Shown: piece by piece, positions 31,101-41,505 of the stretch | How positions within the stretch are numbered: the stretch's first letter is position 1 | Layout of the letters: each line of letters begins with the position of its first letter | Assembly: GCA_013239625.1 (NCBI GenBank) | Contig: MU054526.1 | Coordinates: 2,236,721-2,300,720, forward strand | Reading direction: 5' to 3' | From: Lama guanicoe | Lineage: Eukaryota | Length of the DNA: 64,000 nucleotides | Program-made: the position numbers and the translations under genes | Notes under the pieces: model-generated | Told to the model about the DNA's origin: nothing | What the model saw: the letters and a program-made list of their open reading frames with translations, nothing else | Databases searched by the model: none

Positions 31101-34100
31101 AATTGTATTTGTCCATTTGTCCAGTACAAATGCAATGCAAGCCACATATGTAACTCAAATTTCTTTTTTTGTTAGCCACATTTTAAAAAGTAAAACAAGA
31201 CAGGTAAATTTAATCCTACTAGCATATTTTATTCAACTTTTTACAGCTGAAATCTCATAATTTCAACATTAATCAATATAAAACATTATTAGTGAAATAG
31301 TTTATATTCTTTTGTTCCAAACCACATCTACCCAATCCAGCGTGGGTATCTTACCGACAGCCCCTCTGATCTGGACTAGTCACATTCCAGGTCCTCAGAA
31401 CCACGTGTCGCTGGTGCCACCCATCAAGGAGGTCAAACTACTCACAGTCTCTCTCCGCTTCTATCCACTCAGCCGTCCCGTGGTTCCTCCACTGATCCCG
31501 CCGAAGATCCCAGAAGGGGAACGTGTGGACTTCGATGTAAGTAACGGACATCCCATCCTAGGCAAATTAGGGTGCAAATTAAGAAGAGGCGCCCCCCCCC
31601 CGTGGAATTGCGTCCTGAGAGCCCACTAGTGTCCGAACACGATGCTTTGCTGCCATCTTCTGGAAACATAGTGCACAGCAGCCGTCTGGCTCCCTAGCCA
31701 GTCAAGCCTACCGATTCTTGCTGGGAAGGGCTCCCCCTCCTGACGCTTCTCAGAGGTGCCGAGAGGTTGGCGCCTTCTGGGGCACCGCCTGGGAATGACA
31801 GGGCTCCCATCCTGCGTCCCTTAGGACATCCACCGGAAGCGCATGGAAAAAGATCTGCTGGAGCTGCAGACGCTCATCGACGTGCATTTTGAGCAGCGGA
31901 AGAAAGAGGAAGAGGAGCTCGTGGCGCTGAAAGAGCGCATTGTGAGTCGAGGGAGGTGGGGGTTCCTTGAATTCTGCCCCCTCTTTCCATCCTTTGGGTC
32001 TTGGGAGATACGGAGAGTGGTTCCTGTCCAGTACAGACTTGAAGCTGAAGCTTTTGGGAATGTACCCAAGTCCGTGTCCATCTCCACTCTTGACCTAGCC
32101 TGGGAAGGGATGTCGGGTAGGTGGAGGTCCCTGCACCCCCTCATTCTTCTCCCTCCCCCAGGAGCGCCGCAGGGCGGAGAGAGCTGAGCAACAGCGCTTC
32201 AGAACTGAGAAGGAACGCGAGCGTCAGGCCAAGTTGGCGGTGGGTGCCTCCTCCATCCTGGGAGCCCAAATGCTCCTTTTTCAGCCAGGCACTACCATTT
32301 TCCATTCATGACATTCTCTGTGATCCCAAGAAAGTTATCATGCTGTATTATTCAAAGATCTTTCTGTTGGAAGTGACAGAAACCCAAGCCCAAACTGGAT
32401 TCAGCAGAAAGAGAATTTAATTGGCTTATAAAATGAAAAAGTCCAGCTTGCTTCAGGTATGGCTGGATCAAGGGACACAAATGATATCACAAAGATGCAG
32501 CTTTTCTCTTCCCATCTCTTAACTAATCTTTCTGTGGATACTGGGGTGACCAACTCATCCTGGTTTGCCTGGGACATTCCTGGTCTGAGCCCTGAAAATC
32601 CTGCATCCCATCAGTCTCAGGCAAACCAGATGGTTGGTCACCCTACTGGACACCCTTGTTCCTAGGCAGGGGTGGCAAATGGCCACCAACATCTCTGGCT
32701 TAACCCCCTCTTTCCTCTGTTTCCTGCACAACCCCTGGGATGTTTTCAGACTGTTGGCCGGTCCATTGTGGATTGACTCATCGGCTAGTTGGGGGACAGG
32801 GGCTAGATACTTCTGTTGCTTTAGGCCTTGGAAACATGACCTGAATTGGCATCTGGAATTGACTCACTCAAACCACTTGTAAGGAATAGGAATCAGGTGG
32901 TAGGGAAGGCAGAGTACTGGTCTCCCAATGATGTCCACGTTCTCACGTCCCGAGTCTATGAATGTGGGAACTTACATGGGGAAGGGGACTTTACAGATGT
33001 GATTAAGTCAAGGATCTTGAGACAGGATTATCCTAGATTTTCTGGGTGAGTCCAATGTCATCACAAGGGTCCTTATAAGAGGGAGGACCTTTGAAGATGG
33101 AGGAAGGGGCCATGAGCCAAGGGATGCAGGCAGCCCCCTAGAAGCTGGAAAAGACAGGGGAGGGAACCTGAACCTCCCCTAGAGCCTCTAGAAGGAACCG
33201 GCCCTGTTCACACTTGACTTAGCCCACTGAGGCCCACTTCAGACTTCTGACCTTCAGAATTTGGAGATGACAAACTTGCATTGCTTTAAGCCACTATTGG
33301 TTAAGCCAGAATTTGTTTGCAAGTTACAGCAGTGAGAGGAAGCTCGTTCAGCTGGGGCATGCTGGGCTAGCAAAGAACATCAGGCCCACCTCACGGGCCC
33401 TTCCAAGGGGGAGGGGGTTTGTCTGGCCAAGCCGCTATTTCTGGTGTATGCAATGCAGGGTTTCTGGACTGGTGGCGATGTCTCAGTGAAGGCATTCTAG
33501 AACCCCTTCCTCAGGCTCAAAGCCAAGAGCCTTTTTACTGCTCCAGGCACCCCCCACACACACACACCAATTCCCATTACCAGTGACCCTCCTTGACCTT
33601 CTGAGGACATTCTTGTCTCATAAAACTAAAGGAGATTAAGTCCCGAGAGGGTATGTGTCTGTACTGAGGTTACACAGCAAAGGTCACCACTGGCCATTTC
33701 AGCCTGCAGGGATGAAGAAAAAAGCAAGCATCTCTCTCCCCGACTAGAACTTTTGCTGTTGAGGGGGTGGATGGCAAGACCCCGAGAGGAGGAATGACTT
33801 GCAGGGGGTCACTGGGCCAGGCCTGGAAGGGCCAGGAGGGGAGCACCTGCATCCTTGCCTGTTCTCATACCAACATGGTCCCCCACGCTTGGGTCTGACT
33901 CAGTGCAGAACCCAGCGCTCCTCCCATATGCCCATCTCAGACCCCCTCCCCTCTCAGTCCAGGAGCCTGGGGGAGGCCCCGGGATTAACCCCTTTCTTCC
34001 CACAGGAGGAGAAGATGCGGAAGGAAGAGGAAGAGGCCAAGAAGCGGGCTGAGGATGACGCCAAAAAGAAGAAGGTTCTGTCCAACATGGGGGCCCACTT

Positions 34101-37100
34101 TGGGGGCTACCTGGTCAAGGTGAGTTCAACCTGCTGGGGCCTGAGGTCTAGGTTCCCAGGGAAGAGGTGACTGAGAGTCCAGGCTTCTGGTTCCTGAGGG
34201 AGGAGGGCTGGGAGCCTGGACCCCTGGGTCTGAGGGAGGAGGGGCTTGGGGTCTAGATCACTGGGGTCCTGAGGGAGATGGTATCGGGGAACATAGACCC
34301 CTGGGTCCTGATGGGGAGCCATCTGGAGGATCTACCCCCAGCTCAAGCTGTCCCCTTCCAACCCTCAGGCAGAACAGAAGCGGGGTAAGCGCCAGACAGG
34401 GCGTGAAATGAAACAGCGCATCCTGTCTGAACGTAAAAAGCCTCTTAACATCGACCACATGGGAGAGGACCAGCTCCGGTAGGTGGGGGGGGGGCTGGGT
34501 GGGAGACAGGTAGATAAGGGGACCCAGCGGGCAGAGCCTGGTGGGTGGAAACCCTGATGCCTTGTGACTTTGGGCAAGAGTCTCTCCCTTTCTGATCCCT
34601 TAGCCTGCCCTGTGGAATGTTTCACTGATAGAGGACCCATGTGTTGTGGGCAACCATGTTGTCTTAAGGATGTCCCCTGGGAACTCCAAACGGGCCCCAA
34701 ATTCCACTTGAATTACAGCCAGATCTCTTCCTGACGGGGCCCTATCTCACTCTCGGCACAGCCTGCGTCTCATGATAGCCGTAAAAGGCTGGGGAAGGTC
34801 TTTCCTTCAGGGGCCTCACCCGTGTCTTGAAATTCTCCGTCCTGGGCACAGCCCTTAAAGTTGGAAACGTGCACCACCCCAGAGGGGGCACAGTGATGGG
34901 GTTTGGAGCTCAAAATCTGAAACCCCTTGCTCAGTGCTGCCCGCCACCCCACCCCCAGCTGTGTGATCTTAGGCAATATGTTTAACTTCTCTGAGCCTTG
35001 CTTTCCTCATTGGTAAAATGGGGATATGGTAACAAAATCTACCTCAAAGAGGAGGGGCGAGGGTATAGCTCAGTGGTAGAGTGTATGGTTAGCATGCACC
35101 AAATCCTCGGTTCAGTCCCCATTCCCTCCATTACAATAAATAAATAAACTTAATTACCTCCCTCCCAAATAAAATTTAAAAAAATATATACACCTCACAG
35201 AGCTGTGAAATGTCAGTGAGATGATAATAGTAGTAGTCAGTTATCATCGTCATCTTTATCATCATGGTGGCAGCAGGTAGACATTAGTATTACCCTCATG
35301 TTAAAGGTGAGCAACTTGAGGCACAGAGAGGTTAAGTAACCTTCCCAGGGTTGCACAGCTTGCAGGTGGAAGAGTGGGGATTAGAACCCAGGCACTCTGC
35401 TGCCATCAGTGGTGCTCTTCCTCACTGTTTCATAAAGGGTTGTGATGGTAAATGTTTAACAAGTGGATCTCCATGGGCTGAAAGTCCACATTTTAGCATT
35501 TGCTCATGTCTGTGGTGTAGATACTCCCACTACACTGATTTCTTTTTCTTTCTTTCTTATTTTTCTCTGAGTGGAGAGAGGTAATCAGGTTTATTTATTT
35601 TTAATTTTTTTTTTTAACGAAGGTGCTGGGGATTGAACACAGGACCTCATGTATGCTAGGCAGGAGTTCTACCACTGAGCTACACCCTACCTCCCCTCTC
35701 CCTGATGATTTCAAACTACCCGTGTGATGACCCTACACTTGGGGTCGGGAAAGGATGTGCTGAGTTGGCTCTCGGAAGTCTCCAGCCCTCCATGGGCTAC
35801 GTACCCTCCCTCTTCAGTCATGTTATCCCAGTGTCTCACACTACATAACATGTCGCTAATGTTCTTTTTCCCTCCTTTTTTCTTCCCCACCACACGTCCA
35901 CTCATAATTGGGGGTCCACTCATACTTTTTGAGGAGCTCCAGTTACCTAAGTGTTACTTATTAGATAGTGGTCATAGGATGGTCTCTAAAATTTTTAAAT
36001 AAAATACACCGTGGAGGAGAGAGCATGTGAAAACAATTAGTTGCCAAAAGAAAACAAAGAATGTTGGTAAGAACAGAAAGAATAGTAACAACGAGCTTTA
36101 CTGAATGTTTATAATTGCCAGGCACTTTATGCCTATTGTCTCATCCTGTAGCAGCTCAGTGCAGTAGATTTTTATCAGTTAAGAATAAATTTGGCCACTC
36201 CACCATTTTTTCGCCCAGTATTTCCATCTTCAAAAATCACCTCATGGTCCAGTGTAGCTGCTGGAGCTCCAGCCATCACATCCAAGCAGCAGAAAGAAAT
36301 TGCAAGGGAATAGCCACAAAGGTTTACCTGGAAGCCCCACCCAATGGTGTAGTTTCATCCCACTGGCCACCCCACCTGCAAGGGAGATTGGGAAGAGTGG
36401 TTTTTAAACTAAGCCTACCACAAAAAGTTCTCTGTCTAAAGAACAAAGAGAGAAGAGATACTGAGTGGGCAACCAGCCATCTCTTTTGCAGTTTTATTTG
36501 TCCACTTTTCTGGAGAGGGAAATGGGATCCTAGGAGGAGTCACTTGGCCGTAGTCACAAACCAGAGAATGACAGAGCTGGTACTGGAACCAAGGCTTTCT
36601 GACTCTGGGGCCTGGGCCCTAAACCATGCATCATTTTCCCTTAAGGAAACATGAACTCTCCATTTTAGATACGGAGGAAGTGGGGCAGAGATTTAAAAGC
36701 CTTTGCCACAATTCACTCTGAATATTGTGGCCTCAGCTGTTAACAAAATAGCACCCATCATGCCAAAGTCAGAGACTGGCTGTGTGGCTTTGAACCACTG
36801 CCTCAGCCTCTCTAGGCCCTGGGGTATGGCCTGGCTCCCTTGCATGACTGCCCCTCTCCCCTGCCAGGGAGAAGGCCCAGGAACTGTCAGACTGGATCCA
36901 CCAGCTGGAGTCCGAGAAGTTTGACCTGATGGCCAAGTTGAAGCAGCAGAAATATGAGGTGAGACCCATCTCTGCTGGGCGCCCAGGCTAGACCCGGGAT
37001 GGAGCAGGGCAGGGGTGGGAGGGGGCCGGCCTGTCCCTCAGCACCTTCTCCTGCCTCCGCAGATCAATGTGCTGTACAACCGCATCAGCCACGCGCAGAA

Positions 37101-38122
37101 GTTGTAAGTGCAAACAGGGCCCTGGCCCCACCCCCCTCCCTCTGACTCTCAGGGCCTCTCTTTCCTTCCCTCTAACTTCCCCCCACTTTGTGAGTTTCAG
37201 TCTCTCACCCTTTCTTGGAGGCCCTGCCTTTGTCCCTCTTTCTTAGGAAAAGTTCTCTCCATGCTCCAACTCTCTTGGGGTCTCAATCCTTGTTTTTTTT
37301 CTTTTCCTTTTTTGGGAGGGGGAGGTAACTAGGTTTATTTGTGTATTTATTTATTGATGCAGGTATTGGGGATTGAACCCAGGACCCCATGCATGCTAAG
37401 CACAAGCTCTACCCTACCCCCCATCCCTGTTTCTATGTCCCTCTAAATCACTGGTTCTTGGGGAGAGGGTGGTCTTGCCCCGCCCCCGCCCCAGGGGACA
37501 CGGGGCAATGTCTGGAACGCATTTGGGGAGGGGGATGCTACTGGCACCTGGTGGGTGGAGCCCAGGGACACTGCTCAACACCTTACAAGGCACAGGACGG
37601 CCCCCACCGCAGAATGATGTGGCCCCAATGTCACCAGCGCTGAGGCTGAGAAGCCCAGCTGTCATCCTTTCTTCCTGTTCTTGCTGGGTCTCCCGGCTGC
37701 TCCCCATCCCTCCCTACCCCCCGTCTGATCTCTGTTCACCTTCTCTCATTTTCCATCCTCCTGTCTCTTTCACCCCAGCCTCCCGGTCCCCTCTGACGTG
37801 GTGCTCCCTCAGTCACCCATCCCTTCCTTCCTCAGCCCCTGTATCCATAAACATTTATCAGCACCCAAATGAACATCCTGAGCTCATGCACTGATGTCAA
37901 CTTCCCCTGTGACGGTTAATCGCTCCACCCCAGTCAGTGAACCCAACGGGAAGGCACTTGCTGGCCTCTTCCCCTGGGGGGGACGGCGGGTATTTGGAGG
38001 GGATCGACTTCCTGAATTGAGGGCAGGGGCCCCTCTTAAGGGTCAGTCCTGTCTGATAACCCTCCTTCTCCTACAGCCGGAAGGGGGCCGGGAAGGGCCG
38101 CGTTGGAGGTCGCTGGAAGTGA
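28152..38122 (+). CDS. TNNT1: Slow skeletal muscle troponin T, 262 aa (exon 5 included)
   Basis: Exons 28152-28183, 28293-28306, 28586-28612, 28849-28881 (alternative exon 5), 29671-29692, 31473-31536, 31825-31941, 32162-32239, 34006-34119, 34369-34478, 36868-36958, 37063-37103, 38077-38122 total 789 nt. [11 protein letters not shown] start; [19 protein letters not shown]; ends [10 protein letters not shown]. Confidence 0.97.
29010..29026 (-). promoter_or_regulatory. Consensus CTCF motif in TNNT1 intron 5
   Basis: gcgccctctggtggcca is the reverse complement of TGGCCACCAGAGGGCGC. Confidence 0.75.
29815..31050 (-). mobile_element. Old L2 LINE fragments
   Basis: ttcagcaaacattt..., gaaggcttcccaggggaggtgatgcctgag, agcatatgcaaaggccc, ggactttgtcttaaggg are typical L2 motifs; boundaries approximate. 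Confidence 0.5.
31115..31425. mobile_element. MER33-like hAT-Charlie fossil
   Basis: aatgcaagccacatatgtaa...tagccacattttaaaaagtaaaa...caatataaaacattattagtgaaata...cacattccaggtcctcag...cacgtgtcgctggtg. Confidence 0.7.
32543..32645. mobile_element. MER81-like hAT-Blackjack MITE
   Basis: Terminal inverted repeats gggtgaccaac ... gttggtcaccct, with internal ggtttgcctgggac / caggcaaacc. Confidence 0.75.
32900..33345 (+). mobile_element. MLT1 (MaLR) solo LTR, MLT1C/D-like
   Basis: gatgtccacgt...ggggactttacagatgtgattaag...atcacaagggtccttataagagggagg...gaagatggaggaaggggccatgagccaagg...ctttaagccact. Confidence 0.8.
35052..35185 (+). mobile_element. tRNA-Ala-derived camelid-type SINE inserted in a MIR
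   Basis: gagggtatagctcagtggtagagtgtatggttagcatgcac...ggttcagtcccc...aataaataaataaacttaattacc; flanking acctcaaagag / acctcacagag resemble a TSD. Confidence 0.8.
35545..35696 (-). mobile_element. tRNA-Ala-derived camelid-type SINE
   Basis: ggtaatcaggtttatttattt...ggtgctggggattgaacacaggacctc...ctaccactgagctacaccc. Confidence 0.8.
37293..37422 (-). mobile_element. tRNA-Ala-derived camelid-type SINE (5'-damaged)
   Basis: gggaggtaactaggtttattt...ggtattggggattgaacccaggaccccatgcatgctaagcac. Confidence 0.75.
37449..37657. mobile_element. MER20 hAT-Charlie fossil
   Basis: ccccaggggacacggggcaatgtctgga...gctactggcacctggtgggtggagcccaggga...gcacaggac...ctgaggctgagaagccc. Confidence 0.75.
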
Positions 38123-38190
38123 GGCGGGGATGCTGGCCCACCCCGAGGCACCTGGGCACCCTTGGAGTGTGTGCCCCATCTGTGGCTTGA

Positions 38191-38196
38191 AATAAA
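38191..38196 (+). terminator. TNNT1 polyadenylation signal (AATAAA)
   Basis: AATAAA 68 nt after the stop codon. Confidence 0.85.
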
Positions 38197-38314
38197 TGCT
38201 ACACTTTTAGACACCTGCTGAATTCTTTGATTGTTATTATTAACACGTGATTACCACTCGGGTAAATGCCGGGGCCAGGGACTCGTGATCTGATCGCCTG
38301 GCAAATCCTCAACA

Positions 38315-39100
38315 GCCGCGGTGATGATGTGAAAAGTTGGACCCTCACACACTGTGGTGGGAATGGAAAATGGTGCAGCCACTTTGGGAAACAGTCCCGT
38401 GGTTCCTTGAAAAGTTAAACATAGAGGGGGTGGGGGGATAGCTCAGTGGTAGAGCGCGTGCTTAGTATGCAGGAGGTCCTGGGCTCAATTCCCAGTACCT
38501 CCGTTAAAAAACAAAAACAAAAACACGTGTTACATGTAGAGTTACCAGAGAACTCAGCAGTGCTGTTCCAAGAGAACAGAAAACCTATATCCGCACAAAA
38601 ACGTATGATTGTTGGCAGCAGAATTATTCACCATAGCCAAGAGGTGGAAACAACCGAAAGGTCCGTTAACCAATGCATGGATCCCAGGGACTATTATTGA
38701 GCCATGAAAAGAAGTGAGGTGTTGATACTGGCTACAACGCAGACAAATCTCAAAATCATCACGTGTGAAAGAAGCCAGACCACAGAAGACCACATCTTGT
38801 GGGATTCCATCGATACGAAATTCCCAGAAGGCAAATCCACCAAGGCAGGAAGTGAGTAGTGGTCTCCAGGAACTGGAGGAAGGGAGGAACAGGGGTGGGG
38901 GTGGTGGTGATGGCGGTGATGGCGGCTTAAGAAATGGTGTTTCTTTGTGAGGGGTGGTGAAGATGCTCTGGAATTCGGTAGTAGTCATGGCTGCACAGCC
39001 TTGTGACTAGATTTAAAAAAAAACAAACCCACTGAATTGCACCCTTTGAAATGCTAGCTTTTTCAGGATGGGAATTACATCTGAATTTACAAACGTAAAA
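38315..39100 (+). mobile_element. L1MB-type 3' fragment
   Basis: ggtgggaatggaaaatggtgcagccactttgggaaacagt...attattcaccatagccaagaggtggaaacaacc...gaaagaagccagaccacagaagaccacat...actgaattgcacccttt. Confidence 0.8.
38427..38525 (+). mobile_element. tRNA-Ala-derived camelid-type SINE nested in L1
   Basis: ggggatagctcagtggtagagcgcgtgcttagtatgcaggaggtcctgggctcaattcccagtacctcc plus A-rich tail; TSD-like gttaaacatagag (38414-26) / gttacatgtagag (38529-41). Confidence 0.8.
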
Positions 39101-39384
39101 CCCAGCCAAATAAAAACATTTGCAACGTTGTCTCTGGGAGGGTCGCTTTGTGACAAATTATTGCTCACCATTTGCTGGTGTGCTTCTGTGACTTTCAAAA
39201 CAGAACTTTTAGTAATGAGCATGAAGGTCTGGCTCCTGGGCCTCAAATCCACCAATTACTGCTGTTTAGACAAAATACTTGAGTCAGAGTTGAGATGGGG
39301 CTGTTTTGTGAAGTCCGGGCATGGGTTCCTTCGTTTGCGGCTACCATCCCCACGATGTTGCTGCCTTTGTCAGAGGGTAACTGC

Positions 39385-39717
39385 TGGGAACTGAAGGCTT
39401 GGATGTCTCCCCTGTCTCCTCCCCAAAAGCCATATGTTGAAGCTCCAGTGGATTGGTGTTTGGAGGTGGGGCCTTGGGGAGGTCATCAGGTTTAGTTGAG
39501 GGCTTGAGGGTGGGCCCCCCATGATGGAATTAGTGTCCTTATACGTAGATGAAGAGACCAGAGACCTCTCTCCATCATGTGAGGACACACCAGTAGGTGG
39601 CCATCTACAAGTCAGGAGGAAGGTTCTCACCAGAAAACCCTGAGAAGTAAATGGCCCTTGTTTAAGCCACGTGGTCTGTGGTATTTTTCTCGGAAGAGCC
39701 CGAGTCAATTAAGACAA
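39385..39717 (+). mobile_element. MLT1A-like MaLR solo LTR
   Basis: catatgttgaag...tttggaggtggggccttggggagg...catgatggaattagtgtccttata...ccatcatgtgaggacac...tttaagccac...ctgtggtattt...taagaca. Confidence 0.8.
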
Positions 39718-40005
39718 TGAGACTGACCTGTCAGCCTTCTTTACAGACAGGAGGAGCGGGTAAAATGGGAGGCAGAGACAGTCTCCCACTCACTCAATCC
39801 CATTGGTGGAAGTTAATTATATAACTATCTCCAGCTTCAAGGAGGCTGGGAATATAGCCCTTGTTCTACGTGGCCCATTAGACCCAGCTTGCGAAATAAC
39901 AATTATCACAGTCATGCACAGGAACCCTAACGACAGATGGATGATTTAAGCTCCTAGGAGAAGGAGGTGGGTGTGCATGTTAAGTGGGAAGTGTGGGACT
40001 TAGGG

Positions 40006-41505
40006 ACTACACATCCCAAGATCCACTAGGACTGCTCTCCCCTCTGTATCCATCGCGGCAGTCCCCAAGCCTCATGGGACTTGTAGTTTGTTTCTTTGCA
40101 CAGGCCCAAGGACTTAGAGTGGGTAGGCTGCTCCAACATCCCTTGGGGGAAAAAAAGTCTGTTGCCTCTGTCTGGATTTCAGTACCTTTCTGTGCGATTT
40201 TGATGGGCCTTTGTTCGGCTCGCAAAGGGCCTGGCTCTTTCCCAATGAAGATTTAGGCTCAGAGTACCTAAGATGAGGATTATTTCGGATTGCAGAGTGC
40301 TGTGTGTGAGACCATTCGCCCTCTATCTAGTCGCACTCCTCGCTCCAGACTACAAATCCCAGCATGTTTTGTGAGGGTGTAGTGCTCGGACTACATTTCC
40401 CAGCGTGCTCCACGTCCCAGGGTGCTAGCTGTAGAAGGAGGGGGCAGTGAAGGTTCTGAGAGCCTTGTCATTGAGGACCTCGCCTCTTGGGTTCTTTTCA
40501 GGATGTGATCCAGGGGTTGCCATTAGGGACTCTGGATTTCTCTTGCCTTTGAGCCTGATGCCTTGGGGTGCTTTCAGGTTCTACCTGGGACCAACTATAC
40601 CTTCAGGGGCATGGCCTTACGGACTACATTTCCCAGCGTGCCCAGCGATCGATGGCCGTGATCTTTGTAAAGCAAGCTTTACTTCCCAGCATGCCCTGGG
40701 CGGTCACGGGGGGAGGCTTGGAAGAGAATTGTCTTCATGATCTAAGGGTTGTGGACTCAATTTCCCATGGTGTCCTGGTGTTTCCCACGACCTAGGGAAT
40801 CTATTCATTCATTCATTCAAACAAAACTATTTTCGATCGCGTTCTGTTAGGCTCAGTTTCGGGTACTGGGAGCTGGGAGTGCACAAAAGACAAAAATCCC
40901 TGTCCTGGGATTTATTTCTAGTTGAAGGGAGCAGAAAAACCCAAATTAAATAAGTTGCATAGTATGAGGAAAGTGGATAAGACATTTGGTAAAATTAGTT
41001 CGATATCTTTTAGGACTCCCGGGCTGTCGAGCCATTTCCTACCAGGTCTGGGGACCAGCAATTCGTCACCTTGATCAGGTGAACTACATTTCCCAGTATG
41101 CCCTGGGGCACGCCTCCTGCCGTTAGACTCCGTCTCTCGGCGTTCCCGGGAGCATCCTCCCAGTCAGATTTCCTTTGACACCGCACACCTGCGAATTTCC
41201 CAGTGTGCCTCGGGGCAGATCGAGGCCGGAATGTTGCCAGGAGCAATTTCCGCTCTTGGACTCCATTTCCCAGCGCCCCCCGCGGCCTTCCCTGCGGCGG
41301 CTGCCCGTCGCCTCTCCAGGCTGCGGACTCCATTTCCCAGCGCGCCCTGGAGCGGCGTGGTGACGTCGCGCGCCGGGCGGGGACCGGTAGATCCTCTGGC
41401 GGCGCGGGGCGGGCGGCAGTTCCCGGCGGCCCCGGGGCGGGCGGCGGCGGCTCAGGGCTCAGAGCTGGGCGTCGCTCGCTCGCTCTCGGGCGGGCGGGCG
41501 GCGCG
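40006..41505 (+). promoter_or_regulatory. PPP1R12C promoter/CpG island with a ZNF143 (SBS) motif cluster and a CRE-like site
   Basis: About 10 copies of ACTACAnnTCCCA(G) or close variants; TGACGTC at 41361; GC boxes. Confidence 0.75.
41474..41485 (+). promoter_or_regulatory. AAV Rep-binding-site orthologue (GCTC)3 of AAVS1
   Basis: gctcgctcgctc lies 20 nt upstream of the PPP1R12C ATG, the same position as the human AAVS1 RBS. Confidence 0.65.

Noticed and set aside
38431-38502. tRNA-Ala-like gene
   Set aside because: The B box and anticodon arm are degenerate, it has an A-rich tail and TSD-like flanks, and four related copies occur in the window. It is a SINE.
40006-41345. Repeat-spacer pattern read as CRISPR or a mobile element
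   Set aside because: Irregular spacing, mixed orientation and a match to a known transcription-factor motif (ZNF143/SBS).
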